64,000 nt of DNA, from assembly GCA_951406725.2 (NCBI GenBank), contig OX597820.1, positions 13,888,001 through 13,952,000 of the forward strand, in the 5' to 3' direction. Of the stretch, positions 23,834 to 36,642 are shown piece by piece (positions within the stretch are counted from its first letter, which is position 1; each line of letters begins with the position of its first letter). The translations under genes were made by a program, and so were the position numbers. The DNA comes from Octopus vulgaris. Its lineage: Eukaryota. The notes under the pieces are model-generated. The model ran no database searches. It saw only the letters and a list, made by a program, of their open reading frames with translations, and was not told where the DNA came from.

Positions 23834-24697
23834 GAGTGCTCCGCAACAGGTATGCTGTAGCACACTTTTGTGCCAGGAGACAATGCTAGGTGTGTCGCAG
23901 TGTAACCTGAATATAATTGTTTTTCCTATCATCATTGTTTAACGTCCGCTTTCCATGCTGGCATGGGTTGGACGCTTTGACTGAGGACTGGCAAGCCAGG
24001 AGGCCTCACCAGGCTCCAATCTGGTCTGGCAGAGTTTCTACAGCTGGATGCCCTTCCTAATGCCAACCACTCCGAGAGTATAGTAGGTGCTTTTTATGTG
24101 TCACTAGCATGGGAGCCAGCACTGGCATTGACCATGTTTGAATGGTGCTTTTTACGTTCCACCGACACAGGAGCCAGTCAGGGTGCACATTTGGATGGTG
24201 CCTTTTACATTCCACCTGCACAGGAGCCGGTCCGGCAGCATTGGTATCAACCACGTTCAGATGGTGCTTTTTACATGCCACCAGCATGGGAGCCAGTCAG
24301 GTAGCACTGACATCGACTGCATTTGAATGGTGCTTTTTACATACCACCAGCATTGACTATGTTTGGATGGTGCTTTTTACATGCCATCGGCACAGGAGCC
24401 AGTCCGGCAGCACTGGCATTGACCACATTCGGATAGTGCTTTTTACGTGCCACTGGCATGAGAGCCAGTCAGGTAGCACTGACATCGGCCACATTTGAAT
24501 GGTGCTTTTTACATGTCACATGCACAGGAGCTAGTCAGGAGACACTGGCATTGGCCACGTTCAGTTGGTGCTTTTTACATGCCACCAACACAGGAGCCAT
24601 ATACTTTGAGTTATATTTTTAGTTCAGGTGTGCCACTGAATTTTGAAAAGAATATAAGTGTACCATAAATGAAAAAAAAAATGGTTTCGGAGCACTG
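23834..24697. mobile_element. hAT MITE carrying a nested RTE 3' UTR
   Basis: TIRs (G)AGTGCTCCGCAAC / GTTTCGGAGCACTG. TSD ATCTAGAG / ATCTAGAA. Confidence 0.75.
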
Positions 24698-26180
24698 ATC
24701 TAGAAGTCCAGTGCCTGAAACAATTAAGAAAAGAAATAAAAATCTCACGCTATATTGTCAAAGCTAATAAAGAGTTATATTGTCTTTACAGCTGTCAGTC
24801 TAAGATCAACACTTATTTATATTTGTCTCTTAAATGTTAAACATAGATTCCATTGACCTGTTGCGAATTCAACAATCTGGGTTACTGGGAACAAAGCTGT
24901 TAGCATTTTTAGTTTGATATTCTTTTATTTGTTTCAGTCATTTGGCTGTGGCCATGCTGGAGCAACACCTTTAGTTGAACAAACTGACCTCCAGGACTTA
25001 CTCTTTGTAGGCCTAGTACTTATTCTATCGGTCTCTTCGGCTGAACCGCTAAGTTACAGGGACATAAGCACACCAGCATCGGTTGTCAAGCGATTATGGG
25101 GGAACAAACATAGACACACACACACACGATGGGCTTCTTTCAGTTTCCATCTACCAAATCAACTCACAGGGCTTTGGTCAGCCTGTGGCTATAGTAGAAG
25201 ACACTTGCCCAAGGTGCCACTTAGTGGGACTGAACCTGGAACCATGTGGTTGGGAAGCAAGCTTCTTACCACAGCCACACATGCACCTATATGTACATTT
25301 TTGTTCTTTTATATTATTTATTTCTAGAAAAAAAAAATTGATGTAAGTTTGTCATCCTCAGCCTGTGACACTACATCAGTGTGGAAAATTCGAAAAAAAA
25401 ATCTGGTGGAAATTTGAAATATTTCCAAGTGGTTGGGAAGTGGTTAAAAAGATCTGTGTAGAGCAGATGTGGCTTTGTGGCAAAAAGCTTGCTTCCTAAC
25501 CACATGGTTCTGGGTTCAGTCCCATTGCATGGTACTTTGGGCAAGTGTTTTCTACTATAGCCTCGGGCCAACCAAAGCCTTGTGAGTGGAATTGGTTGAC
25601 AGAAACTGTAAGAAACCCATTATGTGCGTGTGTTTGTTTTTGTCACCTGTCACCACTTCACAGCCCATGTTGGTGTGTTTACATCCCCATAAATCAGTGG
25701 TTTGGTAAAAGAGATCGATTCAATGAATACTAGGTTTAAAAAAGAAAAAGAAATACTGGAATCAATTCATTCGACTGAAACCTCTCCAAGCCAGTGCTCC
25801 AGTATGACCACAGCCCAATGACTGAAACAAGTAAAAAAGAGACAAGATAACCCAAGTCTAAAATAATATCCTCCACCTGCCAGTCCTATATCATTTTATG
25901 CTTATGTGATAAAGGGGTTGGGAAATCAATAAAAATCCTATTCAGTGTTTGAATCTAGGCCTTGCCCTAAATTAAAGAGAAAGTAGTACAGTGTATGTGC
26001 TTCTTATAAGATAGCACTCTGTCTGATTAAAAGAAGACAGCATTATTATTATTGTTGTTGTTGTTATCATTATTATTATTATTATCATTATTATTATTAT
26101 TACTGTTATTACTATTATTATTCAGGTGGTGAGCTGGCAGTAATGTTAGCATGCCAGGCAAAATGCTTAGCGATATTTCG

Positions 26181-26571
26181 TCTATATTTCAGAGATGAGG
26201 AACTATGTACATTATTTACATTCGACAGATATTTGTCCTCATCTTGTTTGTTTGTGTTGCGGGGTTAGTAACCCGCATTCTTAACCACTATTCCATATGC
26301 CCGTGGGAATATGGCATAGTGGTTAAGAGTGTGGGCTACTAACCCCAAGATTCCGAGTTCGATTCCAAGCAGTGACCTTAACAATAACAATGATGATGAT
26401 AATAATAATAATAATAATAATTATAATAATAATAACATCAAAAAATACCTTAGGAATGAGAACCCAGGTTCGAAATTTCCCCAAGACACCTGATGAAGGC
26501 TGGAGGGTATATCAGCCGAAACGTATTAACAACAAAGAAGATGAGGACAAATATCCGTCAAATGTAAATAA
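26181..26571. mobile_element. Palindromic tRNA-head/hammerhead element, copy 2
   Basis: Centre CCATATGCCC-GT-GGGAATATGG. Right arm has A box, B box, (AAT)n, then CTGATGA-A-GGCTG..CAGCC-GAAACGT at 26490-26524. Left arm is internally deleted. Inserted in a family A SINE. Confidence 0.8.
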
Positions 26572-28448
26572 GGTATTTCCTCTGTCGCTATGTTCTGAGT
26601 TCAAATTCCACCAAGGTCAACTCTGTCTTTCGTCCTTTCGGGGTCGATAGATTAAGTACCAGTTGCATACTGAGGTCGATCTAATTGATTGCTCCCCCCC
26701 ACCCCCAATTTTTGGGCCTTGTGCCTAAAGTAGAAATGATTATTATTATTATTAAGGTGGCAAGCTGGCAGAACTGTTAGCACGCTGGACAAAATGCTTA
26801 GTGGTATTTCGCCTGTCACTATGTTAGGAGTTCAAATTCTGCTGAGGTCGACTTTGCCTTTCATCCTTTCAGGGTCGATAAATTAAGTACCAGCTGAGTA
26901 CTAGGGTCGATGTAATCAACTAGTCCCCTCCCCAGAAGTTCCAGGCCTTGTGCCTCTAGTAGGAAGGATTATTTGTCTCTTTAATAAGGTGGTAAGCTGG
27001 CGGAATCGTCAGCTCGCTGGACGAAATGCTTAGCAGTATTTCGCCTGTCGCTACGTTCTGAGTTCAAATTCTGTCGAGGTCGACTTTGCCTGTTGTCCTT
27101 TTGGGGTCGATAAATCAAGTACCAGTTGAACACTGCGGTTGATGAAATTGACTCCTCCCCAAGCTGCCCTTGTGGCAAAAAAATGAGATAATTATTTATA
27201 TCTTTAATAAGATGACAATGAAGGTTCATGGCTTAGAGGCTAGGATATTTGACTCACAATCATAAGACCATGAGTTCAATTCCTGATGTTGCAAATCACT
27301 GTCTTAAAGGAACTCCTCCCTAAGGCATTGACTCTCATGTGGTCCCGCCAAAAACATGCTGCTCTCTAATCATCTTCCTTCTATAAATATAATAAATTTT
27401 CCTTTAATTGACTTGTATTTTACTTTTTTGGTGCAGGTCCCTGAAAAAAATTCAGGCGTAGGAGTGGCTGTGTTGTAAGTAGCTTGCTTACCAACCACAT
27501 GGTTCTGGGTTCATTCCCACTGTGTCACACCTTGGGCAAGTGTCTTCTACTATAGCCTCAGGCCGACCAAAACTTTGTGAGTGGATTTGGTAGACAGAAG
27601 CTGAAAAGAAGCCCGTCGTATATATGTGTATATATATATGTATATATATATGTGTGTGTGTGTCTGTGTTTGACCCCCACCATCGCTTGACAACCGATGC
27701 TGGTGTGTTTACGTCCCTATAATTTAGCAGTTCGGCAAAGGAGACCGATAGAATGAGTACTAGGCTTACAAAAGAATGAGTTCTGGGGTCAACTTGCTCG
27801 ACTAAAGGCAGTGCTCCAGCATGGCCGCAGTCAAATGACTGAAACAAGTAAAAGAGTAAAAGAGAGTTTTGGATCTGACCCAGATATTAAAAATATCTAA
27901 GGATTTATCTTACACATCAGTGACTCTTCGTTTTGCCTTATCTACTCAAGTAAACCAGGATATAAGATCTAACAACCTTTCACAATGACAAAGCAATCAT
28001 TAAATAGAGGCCAGTCATTGATATTTGCATAAAGCTGCTTTAGTATAAAAGATTGTCTGACGTATAAGATCACCAAACACTCATGCACTAGAGACGGATC
28101 TGCATAATTTTTGCAGCTGTTTTCCTTAATTTCCTGAATCTTTTGTTGGGATTTTGTGAATCAATGTTTGAGCAACATAAAATATATCAACTAAATTTAA
28201 GAAGTCAATCATTAACAAATCATTAACCGCCAATAGATTATCATAATTTATAATCCTTTCTACAATAGGCACAAGGCCTGAAATTTGGTGGGGGAGGGGA
28301 ATAATCGATTAAATCGACCCCAGTATCTCACTGGTACTTAATTTATCGACCCCGAAAGGGTGAAAGGCAAAGTCGACCTCGGCGGAATTTGAACTCAGAA
28401 TGTAGCAACAGATGAAATACCACTAAACATTTTGCCTGGTGTGCTGCC

Positions 28449-28489
<41 letters not shown>

Positions 28490-28493
28490 CCTA

Positions 28494-28653
28494 CAGTTCT
28501 GTATTTAAGAGATGAGGAATTATGTACATTATTTACATTTGACTGATATTTGTCCTCATCTTGTTTGTTGTTAACACAATATTTTGGCTGATATATCCCC
28601 CTAGCCTTCATTAGGTGTCTTGGGGAAATTTTGAGCCTGGGTTCTCATTCCTT
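28494..28653 (-). mobile_element. Fragment of the hammerhead-bearing arm (copy 3)
   Basis: Matches the outer part of the 11723 and 36086 arms. Core decayed (CTAATGA, AAAAT). Confidence 0.75.
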
Positions 28654-30041
28654 GACCCCCACTAATTCTCCCCTGCGATAAATCCCCTCTCCCCCAAGTT
28701 CTTCTATACCACCCTTGGCTTGAACAGCTACCTCAGGTACCAACACCCTTTGCATCCATCAGGATGAGCTCAGAACTCCTTACAGATCTACTATTCAGAT
28801 ACGAGTCAACCCTGACAACAATAGGCACAAGGCCTGAAATTTGTTGGAGAGGGGACAAGTCGATTATATCAACCCCAGTATTAGACTGGTACTTAATTTA
28901 TCGATCCCAAAAGTCAGTTCAGAATGTAAAGACCGGAAAAATACCACTAAGCATTTTGTGGAGTTTGCTAACAGTTTTGCCCAGCTCGTGGCCTTATGAT
29001 GTTAATTTGTATGTGTGTGTGTCTGTACTTGAGAGAAAGTGTGTGAGACTCTTAGAACAGTTTTTATGAAAAACAATATTGTAATTTAGAAATTCCAAGG
29101 TCGTGGTCATGTGCCATTGAAGTAACCAGTCTTTTAGTTCACCCTATGTTCTTTCCTTTCCTCTTTTATTTCAAACATTTGCAGAATCTAACCAGCAGTG
29201 AAAGAGAAAACTGCATGAGATCTTGTTTCAGTTCTTAACACGATCCATTCCTTGTCTGCATTCTACAGAAAATAAAACAGAATTTAATTTACAAGTTCCA
29301 GCATTGCTCATGCTACTTGCTTGTGTGTTTAGGGGTGGGTTGTGTCTGAAGAAAGATGCTTTCCATTTCTTTTTCTTCGTCATTGTATGGCCTCATCCCA
29401 TCCTTTAACCTCTCGTCTCCCAGCATAGAGCTACTCTTTCTCATCCCACCTCTGGTTACAGAGGCCAGTGACACAAAAACACAGAAAGCATCCAGTACAT
29501 GCGGCAAAGTGGTTGGCATTAGGAAGGGTCTTTTACTTGTTTCAGTCACTAGACCACGACCATGCTGGGGCATTGCCTTCAAGAGTTTTAGTCAAATGAA
29601 TTAATCCCAGCACTTATTTGTAAATCTCAGTAATTACTCTATTGCTATTGGTCTCTTTTTGCTGAACCACTAAGTTATGTGGGTGTATCACACTAACCCC
29701 ATTTGCCAAGCAGTGGTAGGGGACAAATGCACACACACATCATCATCATCATCATCTTTGTTGTTTAATGACTGTTTTCCATGCTGGCATGGGTTGGATG
29801 GTTTTGACAGGAGCTGGTAAGGCCAAGGGGCTGCATCAGGTTCCAGTGTCTGCTTTGGTATGGTTTCAATGGTTTGATGCTCTTCCTAATGCCAGCCACT
29901 TTATAGGGTGTACTGGGTGCTTACTACATGGTTCCAGCACCAGTTCTTTTAATGAGGCACCATTTATATTTCTTTCAGAGTCCGTCTACAAAATCCACTT
30001 ACAAGGCTTTGGTCAGCTTGAGGCTATAGTAGAAAACACTT

Positions 30042-30355
30042 GCCCATGGTGCCATGCTGTGCGACTGAACCCGGAACCATGTGGTTGGGAAGTAAGCCTC
30101 TTACCACACAGCCACACCTTCCCAAGCTGCCATGCAGTGGGACTGAACCCGGAACCATGTGGCTGGGAAGCAAGCCTCTTACCACACACTCACACCTGTC
30201 CTAGGTGCCATGCAGTAGGACTGAACCCGGAACCATGTGGTTGGGAAGCAAGCTTCTTAGAACACAGTCACATCTGCCCAAGGTGCCACGCAGTGGGACT
30301 GAACCCAGAACCATGTGGTTGGGAAGCAAGATTCTTAGCACACAGCCATGCCTAT
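30042..30355 (-). repeat. Four tandem copies of the family B SINE tRNA-like head (about 78-bp unit)
   Basis: GACTGAACCC(G/A)GAACCATGTGG(T/C)TGGGAAG occurs four times at about 78-bp spacing. Confidence 0.9.
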
Positions 30356-31897
30356 GGAAATGATGCCAAAGCAGTCCTTGGATCCATCGGATCCTTGTCA
30401 AACAGTCAAACCCTTGCCAACTTGGAACATGGATGTTAATTGATGACGATGATGGTGAGGGTGCTTGCTGCAGAGAAATTTAAAGGGTGTGTAGTAAGAC
30501 CCCTGGGTGTTACAAATGTAAAGCTTTGGGTGGCAGGGTGTAATGATATGTAATGATACCAGCAGTAGCTGGGAATGGGGACTATGGTTAGTAGTGTATG
30601 TTTAGAAGTTGGCATTTAGCCCCAGGTCAGTCGTGGTTGAGCAGACCTGTGATGATCAAAGGCATTTCAACCATGGCCATTTGTCTGTCTGTCTCTCAAG
30701 CATTGCATATCTAGGACTACAGAAACCATGTGTGTGTGTGTGGTTGGATGTAATTTTGAGCGAAAATTGGCTGCTATTTCTGTCAGGTCAAGCAGCCATG
30801 TAGAGCATGTTTATGGGTGGTGATAGTGGTGGGGGAGAAGGGATGGTTTCTGTGAATGGCCTGTTTGTGACAGCTTAGGATTGTTACACATGCACACACA
30901 CTCTCTCTCACACACACACACTCTCTCACACACACACACACACACACATTCTCACATGCACATTCTTATTCACACATGCTCTCACACATTCTCGCACATA
31001 CACATGCACATTCTCACACACACACACTCAAACATGCACGTTCTCAACTGCATACTATCATTCACACACATTCACACACACAAACTCGTGTACATTCTCA
31101 CATACAATCACTCATATACAAACACATTCACACCCACACCCATATTCACACACACATGTACATTCTCACGTGCACTCAATCACACACACACACATTTCAG
31201 CTCTATGCCCTCCATTTCAACCTAACCTAATCCCACCCCCCGCGCCAGTCACTCTCATCCCAGCCTCAACATTATCTTCCAGTCATAATGGTTTCCTACT
31301 AATTTATTCCAGTCACATCCTTATACAAACTACCTCACTAATTGGTTCTGCCGCTGCATGTAGGAGACGAAGGAAGTTCGTTTTCATTTTCTTTTTCTTT
31401 CTTTTACCACCCATCTTTTCCTTTCTCTACCTTCTCCCCCCCCCAGAGTATATGTGTGTGTGTGTGTTCAAAAGTTTGCCTTATTTCTGTTCGTTTCTAC
31501 CCCGTTACTACCCTCCCATTTTCACCTTTCTCTCTGATTAAAATATAATTTATTTGACATGTAAATGAATGTAGGACTGGCTGTGTGGTAAGTAGCTTGC
31601 TTACCAACCACGTTGTCCCGGGCTCAGTCCCACTGCATGGCACCTTGGGCAAGTGTCTTCTACTATAGCCTCGGGCCAAAACTGAAAGAAGCCCGCTGTA
31701 TATGCATACTATACACACATACATATATAGGGAGAATTCACAAAAAAAAAACAAAAGAGGAAGACAGGTGGTGTAGAAAACAAACATGTATTTGTATAAC
31801 GCTTGGGAATTAAAAGTCTTTAACGTTTCGAGCCTACCCTCTTCTACAGAAAGGAACACAGAAAGAAACAAGGAGAGAAAAAAATGTGTGTAGTGGC

Positions 31898-31928
<31 letters not shown>

Positions 31929-33348
31929 TTTGTGCTCGTTCCCCCACTATTGCTTGACAATCGATGTTGGTGTGTTTACGTCCCCGTAAAAGAGACCGAT
32001 AGAATAAGTACTAGGCTTACAAAGGATAAGTCCTGGAGTCAATTTGTTCGACGAAAAGCGGTGCTCCAACATGGCCGCAGTCGAATGACTGAAACAAGTA
32101 AATGAATATATGTGTCTGTTTGTACGTGTGTGTGTGTGTGTTGCAGCCTCCTTGCCTTGGCATCATGTGATGGTTGTAAACGTGTGTCACTGTCATGCTA
32201 GCGGTGTGTTTGTATTTGCAGAGCACTTAAATATTTTGCTCAGATTGATAATCTCATATTCGTACACACACACACACACACGTTTGATTAATGAGAGAAA
32301 CGGAAGATGGAAGATACGAGCATCTTTATTGATCTCTACAATTGTTTTGACCCAACGAAAACTGACCCAGTGACCGTGATTCACTGGCAAACTCCCAGGT
32401 GTATACCAGACGATTTAATATCTAATATACTCTTTTACTTGTTTCAGTCATTTGCCTGCGGCCATGCTGGAGCACCGCCTTTAGTCGAGCAAATCAACCC
32501 CAGGACTTATTTTTTAGAAGCCTAGTACTTATTCTATCACTTCTTTTTGCCAAACCGCTAAGTTACAGGGACGTAAACACACCAGCATAGGCTGTCAAGC
32601 GATTTGGGGGTGGGGGAGACAAACACAGACACACAAACATACAACACACACACACATATATGACGGGTTTCTTTCAGTTTCCGTCTACCAAATTCACTCA
32701 CAAGGCTTTGGTCGGCCAGAGGCTATAGTAGTAGACACTTGCCCAAGGTGCCACGCAGTGGGGATGAACCCGGAACCATGTGGTTGGTAAGCAAGCTACT
32801 TACCACACAGCCACTCCTGCGCCTATTTATAAACTATAGCCAACAACAGGGATGGTGAAATTGTCATGGACCTAATTCGTAAATTATTCAGTACAGGAAA
32901 CTGAAAACCAAGAACTACACAGAAATATATATTATATATATTAATCATTTTATAGGAAAGATATTTATGTAAACTTTCGAAATAGTATTTATTTTCAGTT
33001 TTTTTTTTTCCGGACCCAGGTCAAGTTCAGTTGAATTACTGGAAAATTTTGGTCGAAAATTAACGTCTTCGAAATAATTTCATGAAATTACACAAGGGAC
33101 GTAACTCTGTTTAATCAGAAATAGTTACCTGCCTTGATAATTATTTTTAAAGTTGATTTATATTAATTAAAAAAAAAAATTTTTTGTTTTTAATTCTAAT
33201 CTCGTTCAGCATTTCCCAAAATGACAAATACTTGTATAACCCCTCCTCATGCGTGCATATATTAATGAAACGTCTTGCCCTCCTCTCGCTTTATTAACGA
33301 GAGAATAAGAGTTTATATCCATGTAACTCTTTTTTGTTCACCATTGTA

Positions 33349-34440
33349 TAATAATAATAATTGTGTACAGTGCTCAGGTGCACTACAACTCATCTAAAGT
33401 GTATATATAATCAGGTGTAGTTTCGGCGGATTTCGGAAAGCATGAGGGCCTTAAAGGATGCAGTGTCATGGCAGTCAACAACCGACGCAGGCAGTTTATT
33501 CCATGCTTCAGCAACTCTGAGCGTGAAAAAATGTTTCCGAAAGTCATGGGAGCTGTGTTGTTTTCTGACTTTGTAGGCATGTCCACGTGTGTTAGACACA
33601 TGGAGATCAAAAAGGTGTTCAGTGTTGTTGTTGGTGAGGTGGTTGATAACCTTGTGGGTGTTTACCAAGTCCGTCGCCAGACGCCGGAGCTTCAGTGAAT
33701 CCATGCCCAGGGAAACAAGGCGCTCAGAATATGGTAGGTGTCTGATGGAGGGTATGCGTTTGGTTGCACGTCTCTGGACAGATTCCAGGAGGTCAATGTT
33801 CTGAGCAAGATAGGGATTCCAAACTGATGATGCGAATTCCAAGTGTGGTCGTACCATAGCTGTATACAGTTTTAAATAGATGGCTGGAGAGCGGCTAACA
33901 AAAGTCTTGCTGAGTGATGCCAAGACACCCTCGGCCCTCCTGACAATTTTAGAGATATGCTTTGTCCAACGCAGATCACTGCTGACAGTGATGCCTAGGT
34001 CACGCTCGCAAGAGGATTTCTTGATATCAGTGTTGTGGAGGGAGTATGTGGATGCAGGGTTTTTTCTCCCAAAATGCATGGTGGTACACTTGTCCACAGC
34101 CAGTTTCAGTTGCCAGTCTGTGATCCATTGCTGCATTGTGTCTAGGTCTGATTGCAGGAAAGAGTTGTAGACATCAGGATCAGTCCTCTTGATTTCAAGG
34201 TACAGCTTGATGTCGTCTGCATATTTCAATACTGTGGCATTCTTTAAATTGGCATCTATGTCATTAATGTATGCCACAAACAGGAGGGGACCAAGGACAG
34301 ATCCCTGTGGTACACCCGATGACATCTCATATGGTGTAGAGTGCTGTCCTAGAACTGTGACTACCTCCTTTCGGCTGAGGATGAAGGATTTCAACCAGTT
34401 AAAAAGGTCATCCCCCACACCCATTGCAGAGAGTTTGTGT
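33349..34440 (-). mobile_element. 5'-truncated CR1-group LINE (RT C-terminal half, 3' UTR, (ATT)n tail)
   Basis: ORF 33411-34484 contains GVPQGSVLGPLLF, YADD, ERDLG, YTAMVRPHLE and TRGH motifs with no stops. A short UTR and ATT tail follow. Confidence 0.95.
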
Positions 34441-36085
34441 TGGGCAAGTGAAAGGGAAAAAAACATCTTAATTTGATTAAGCATGATAATTTGTCCTGTC
34501 CCCTTTTCAGTTTACCACGGCCCCTTCCAAGGTAGACAGGATCCCCGGCCTGCTCTTTATGAAAAACATGATCAAGTTTATAATTTTCTTTTTTTATTTT
34601 TTTCTAATAGTAGTAGTAGTAGTAGTAGTAGTAGTAATAATAATCCTTTCTATCATAGGCACAAGGCCTGAAATTTTGCGGGTGGGGGATAGTTGATTTC
34701 AGCGACTCCAGTACGCAGCTGGTACTTAATTTATCGACCCTGAAAGTATGAAAAGCAAAGTCGACCTTGGCAGAATTTGAACTCAGCTCATAGCAACCAC
34801 CTACTGAACACTATCGTTTTTGTTTTACTTTTGCTGTCTTTAATACACACACTCACAAAATACACTTTAATTGAAATAAAGTTTCCCCCAAATTAAACAT
34901 ACCTAATATAATAAATGTGAATGTCACACTTTTTCAACTTTAAAAAGTCCCTTCTACTGGAAGCACGAGGTGGAGGAAGGCATTAAGTCGATTACATCAA
35001 CCTCCAGTACATAACTGGTACTAATTTCATCGACTCCAAATGGATGAAAGGCAAAGTTGACCTCAGCGGAATTTGGACTCAAACCCTAACAGCAGATGGA
35101 ATACCTCTTAGCATTTTGCCTGGTGTGCTATACATACTGCCAGCTCACCACTTTAATATAATATATCTGGCCCCCATGCCGGTGGCATGTAAAAGAACCA
35201 TCCGTTCGTGGCCGTTTGCCAGCTCCGTCTGGCACCTGTGCGGGTGGCACGTAAAAAGCACCCACTACACTCACGGAGTGGTTGGCGTTAGGAAGGGCAT
35301 CCAGCCGTAGAAACACTGCCAGATCAGACTGGGCATGATGCAGCCTTCTGGCTTCACAGACCCCAGTCGAACCGTCCAACCCATGCTAGCATGGAAAACG
35401 GATGCTAAATGATGATGATGATATAGTATAATATGATATATCAGTATGTCACATTTTTTCAACTTTACTCCTAGAGGCCATAACCCAACATATCATACCA
35501 TTTTGGAATCAGGCTCACTCCGTGAGTAAATTGAAAACATTCCAAGCCGGATCCAGACTCACAATCCTGAAATTTTGGATTCCCAAATTTTCATTACTGC
35601 AATTGTTTTTGGCAATTTTTTTACATGACTTTTTGTGACAAATTTTTTTTGTACGACAACAGTTTTTATAATCTAAGGGCCAACTCTGTGAGTAAATTAA
35701 AAACATTTCAGCCAATAAAATATCTATTACAATCGAATCACACTCTTCGTCTTGACTGTTAACCTTTGTGAACAGTTACGTCAGTCCTTTTAAAATATTA
35801 TTATTATCATTATCATCATTATTATTATTATTATTATTACTACTACTACTACTACCACTACTAAGGCAGTGAGCTGGCAGAATCATTAGCATGTCTGTCT
35901 TTATGTTCCGAGTTCAAATTCTGACGAGGTCAACTTTGCTTTTCATCCTTTCGGGGTCAATAAAGTAAGTACCAGTTGCATACTGGAGGGTGGTGATGTC
36001 AATGTAATCAACTATTACCATCCTCCTAAGCATGCGAAAGCAGACTTTAAAATGATGATGATGTTGACAATTTCAGACATGATGT

Positions 36086-36257
36086 AATTTACATTTGATG
36101 GATATTTGTCCTCATCTTGTTTGTTGTTAACACAATGTTTCGGCTGATGTACCCACCAGCCTTCATCAGGTGTCTTGGGGAAAATTTCAAACCTGGGTTC
36201 TCATTCCTAAGGTATTTTTTGATGATGTTGTTGTTGTTGTCGTCGTCGTCTTCATCA

Positions 36258-36296
<39 letters not shown>

Positions 36297-36591
36297 TCAC
36301 TGCCTGGAATCAAACTCAGAATCTTGGGGTTAGTAGCCCATACTCTTAACCACTATGCCATATGCCTGTGGGTGTAATGGTTAAGAGCATGGGCTACTAA
36401 CCTCAAGATTCTGAGTTTGATTCCAAGCAGTGACCTGAATAATAATAATAACACCGAAAAATATCTTAGGAATGAGAACCCAGACTTGAAATTTCCCCAA
36501 GACACCTGATGAAGGCTGGAGGGTATATAAGCCAAAACATATTAACAACAAATAAGATGAGGACAAATATCTGTCAAATGTAAATAATGTA
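36086..36591. mobile_element. Palindromic tRNA-head/hammerhead element, copy 4 (both arms)
   Basis: Inverted arms of over 200 bp around ATGCCTGTGGG. Hammerhead motif on the minus strand at 36129-36174 and a decayed one on the plus strand at about 36501-36540. ATGTAATTT occurs at both borders. Confidence 0.85.
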
Positions 36592-36642
36592 CCATGTAAT
36601 TTGTAGTAATTTTAATTGTTTTTCTTTTTCCTCTAATTTCAG

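Noticed and set aside
24080-24600. CRISPR-like repeat/spacer pattern
   Set aside because: The apparent spacers are similar to each other, the units belong to the RTE 3' UTR, the DNA is eukaryotic and no cas genes are present.
29768-30439. 223-aa ORF with repeated CHAVGLNPEPCGWEAS
   Set aside because: It is the antisense translation of tandem SINE heads.
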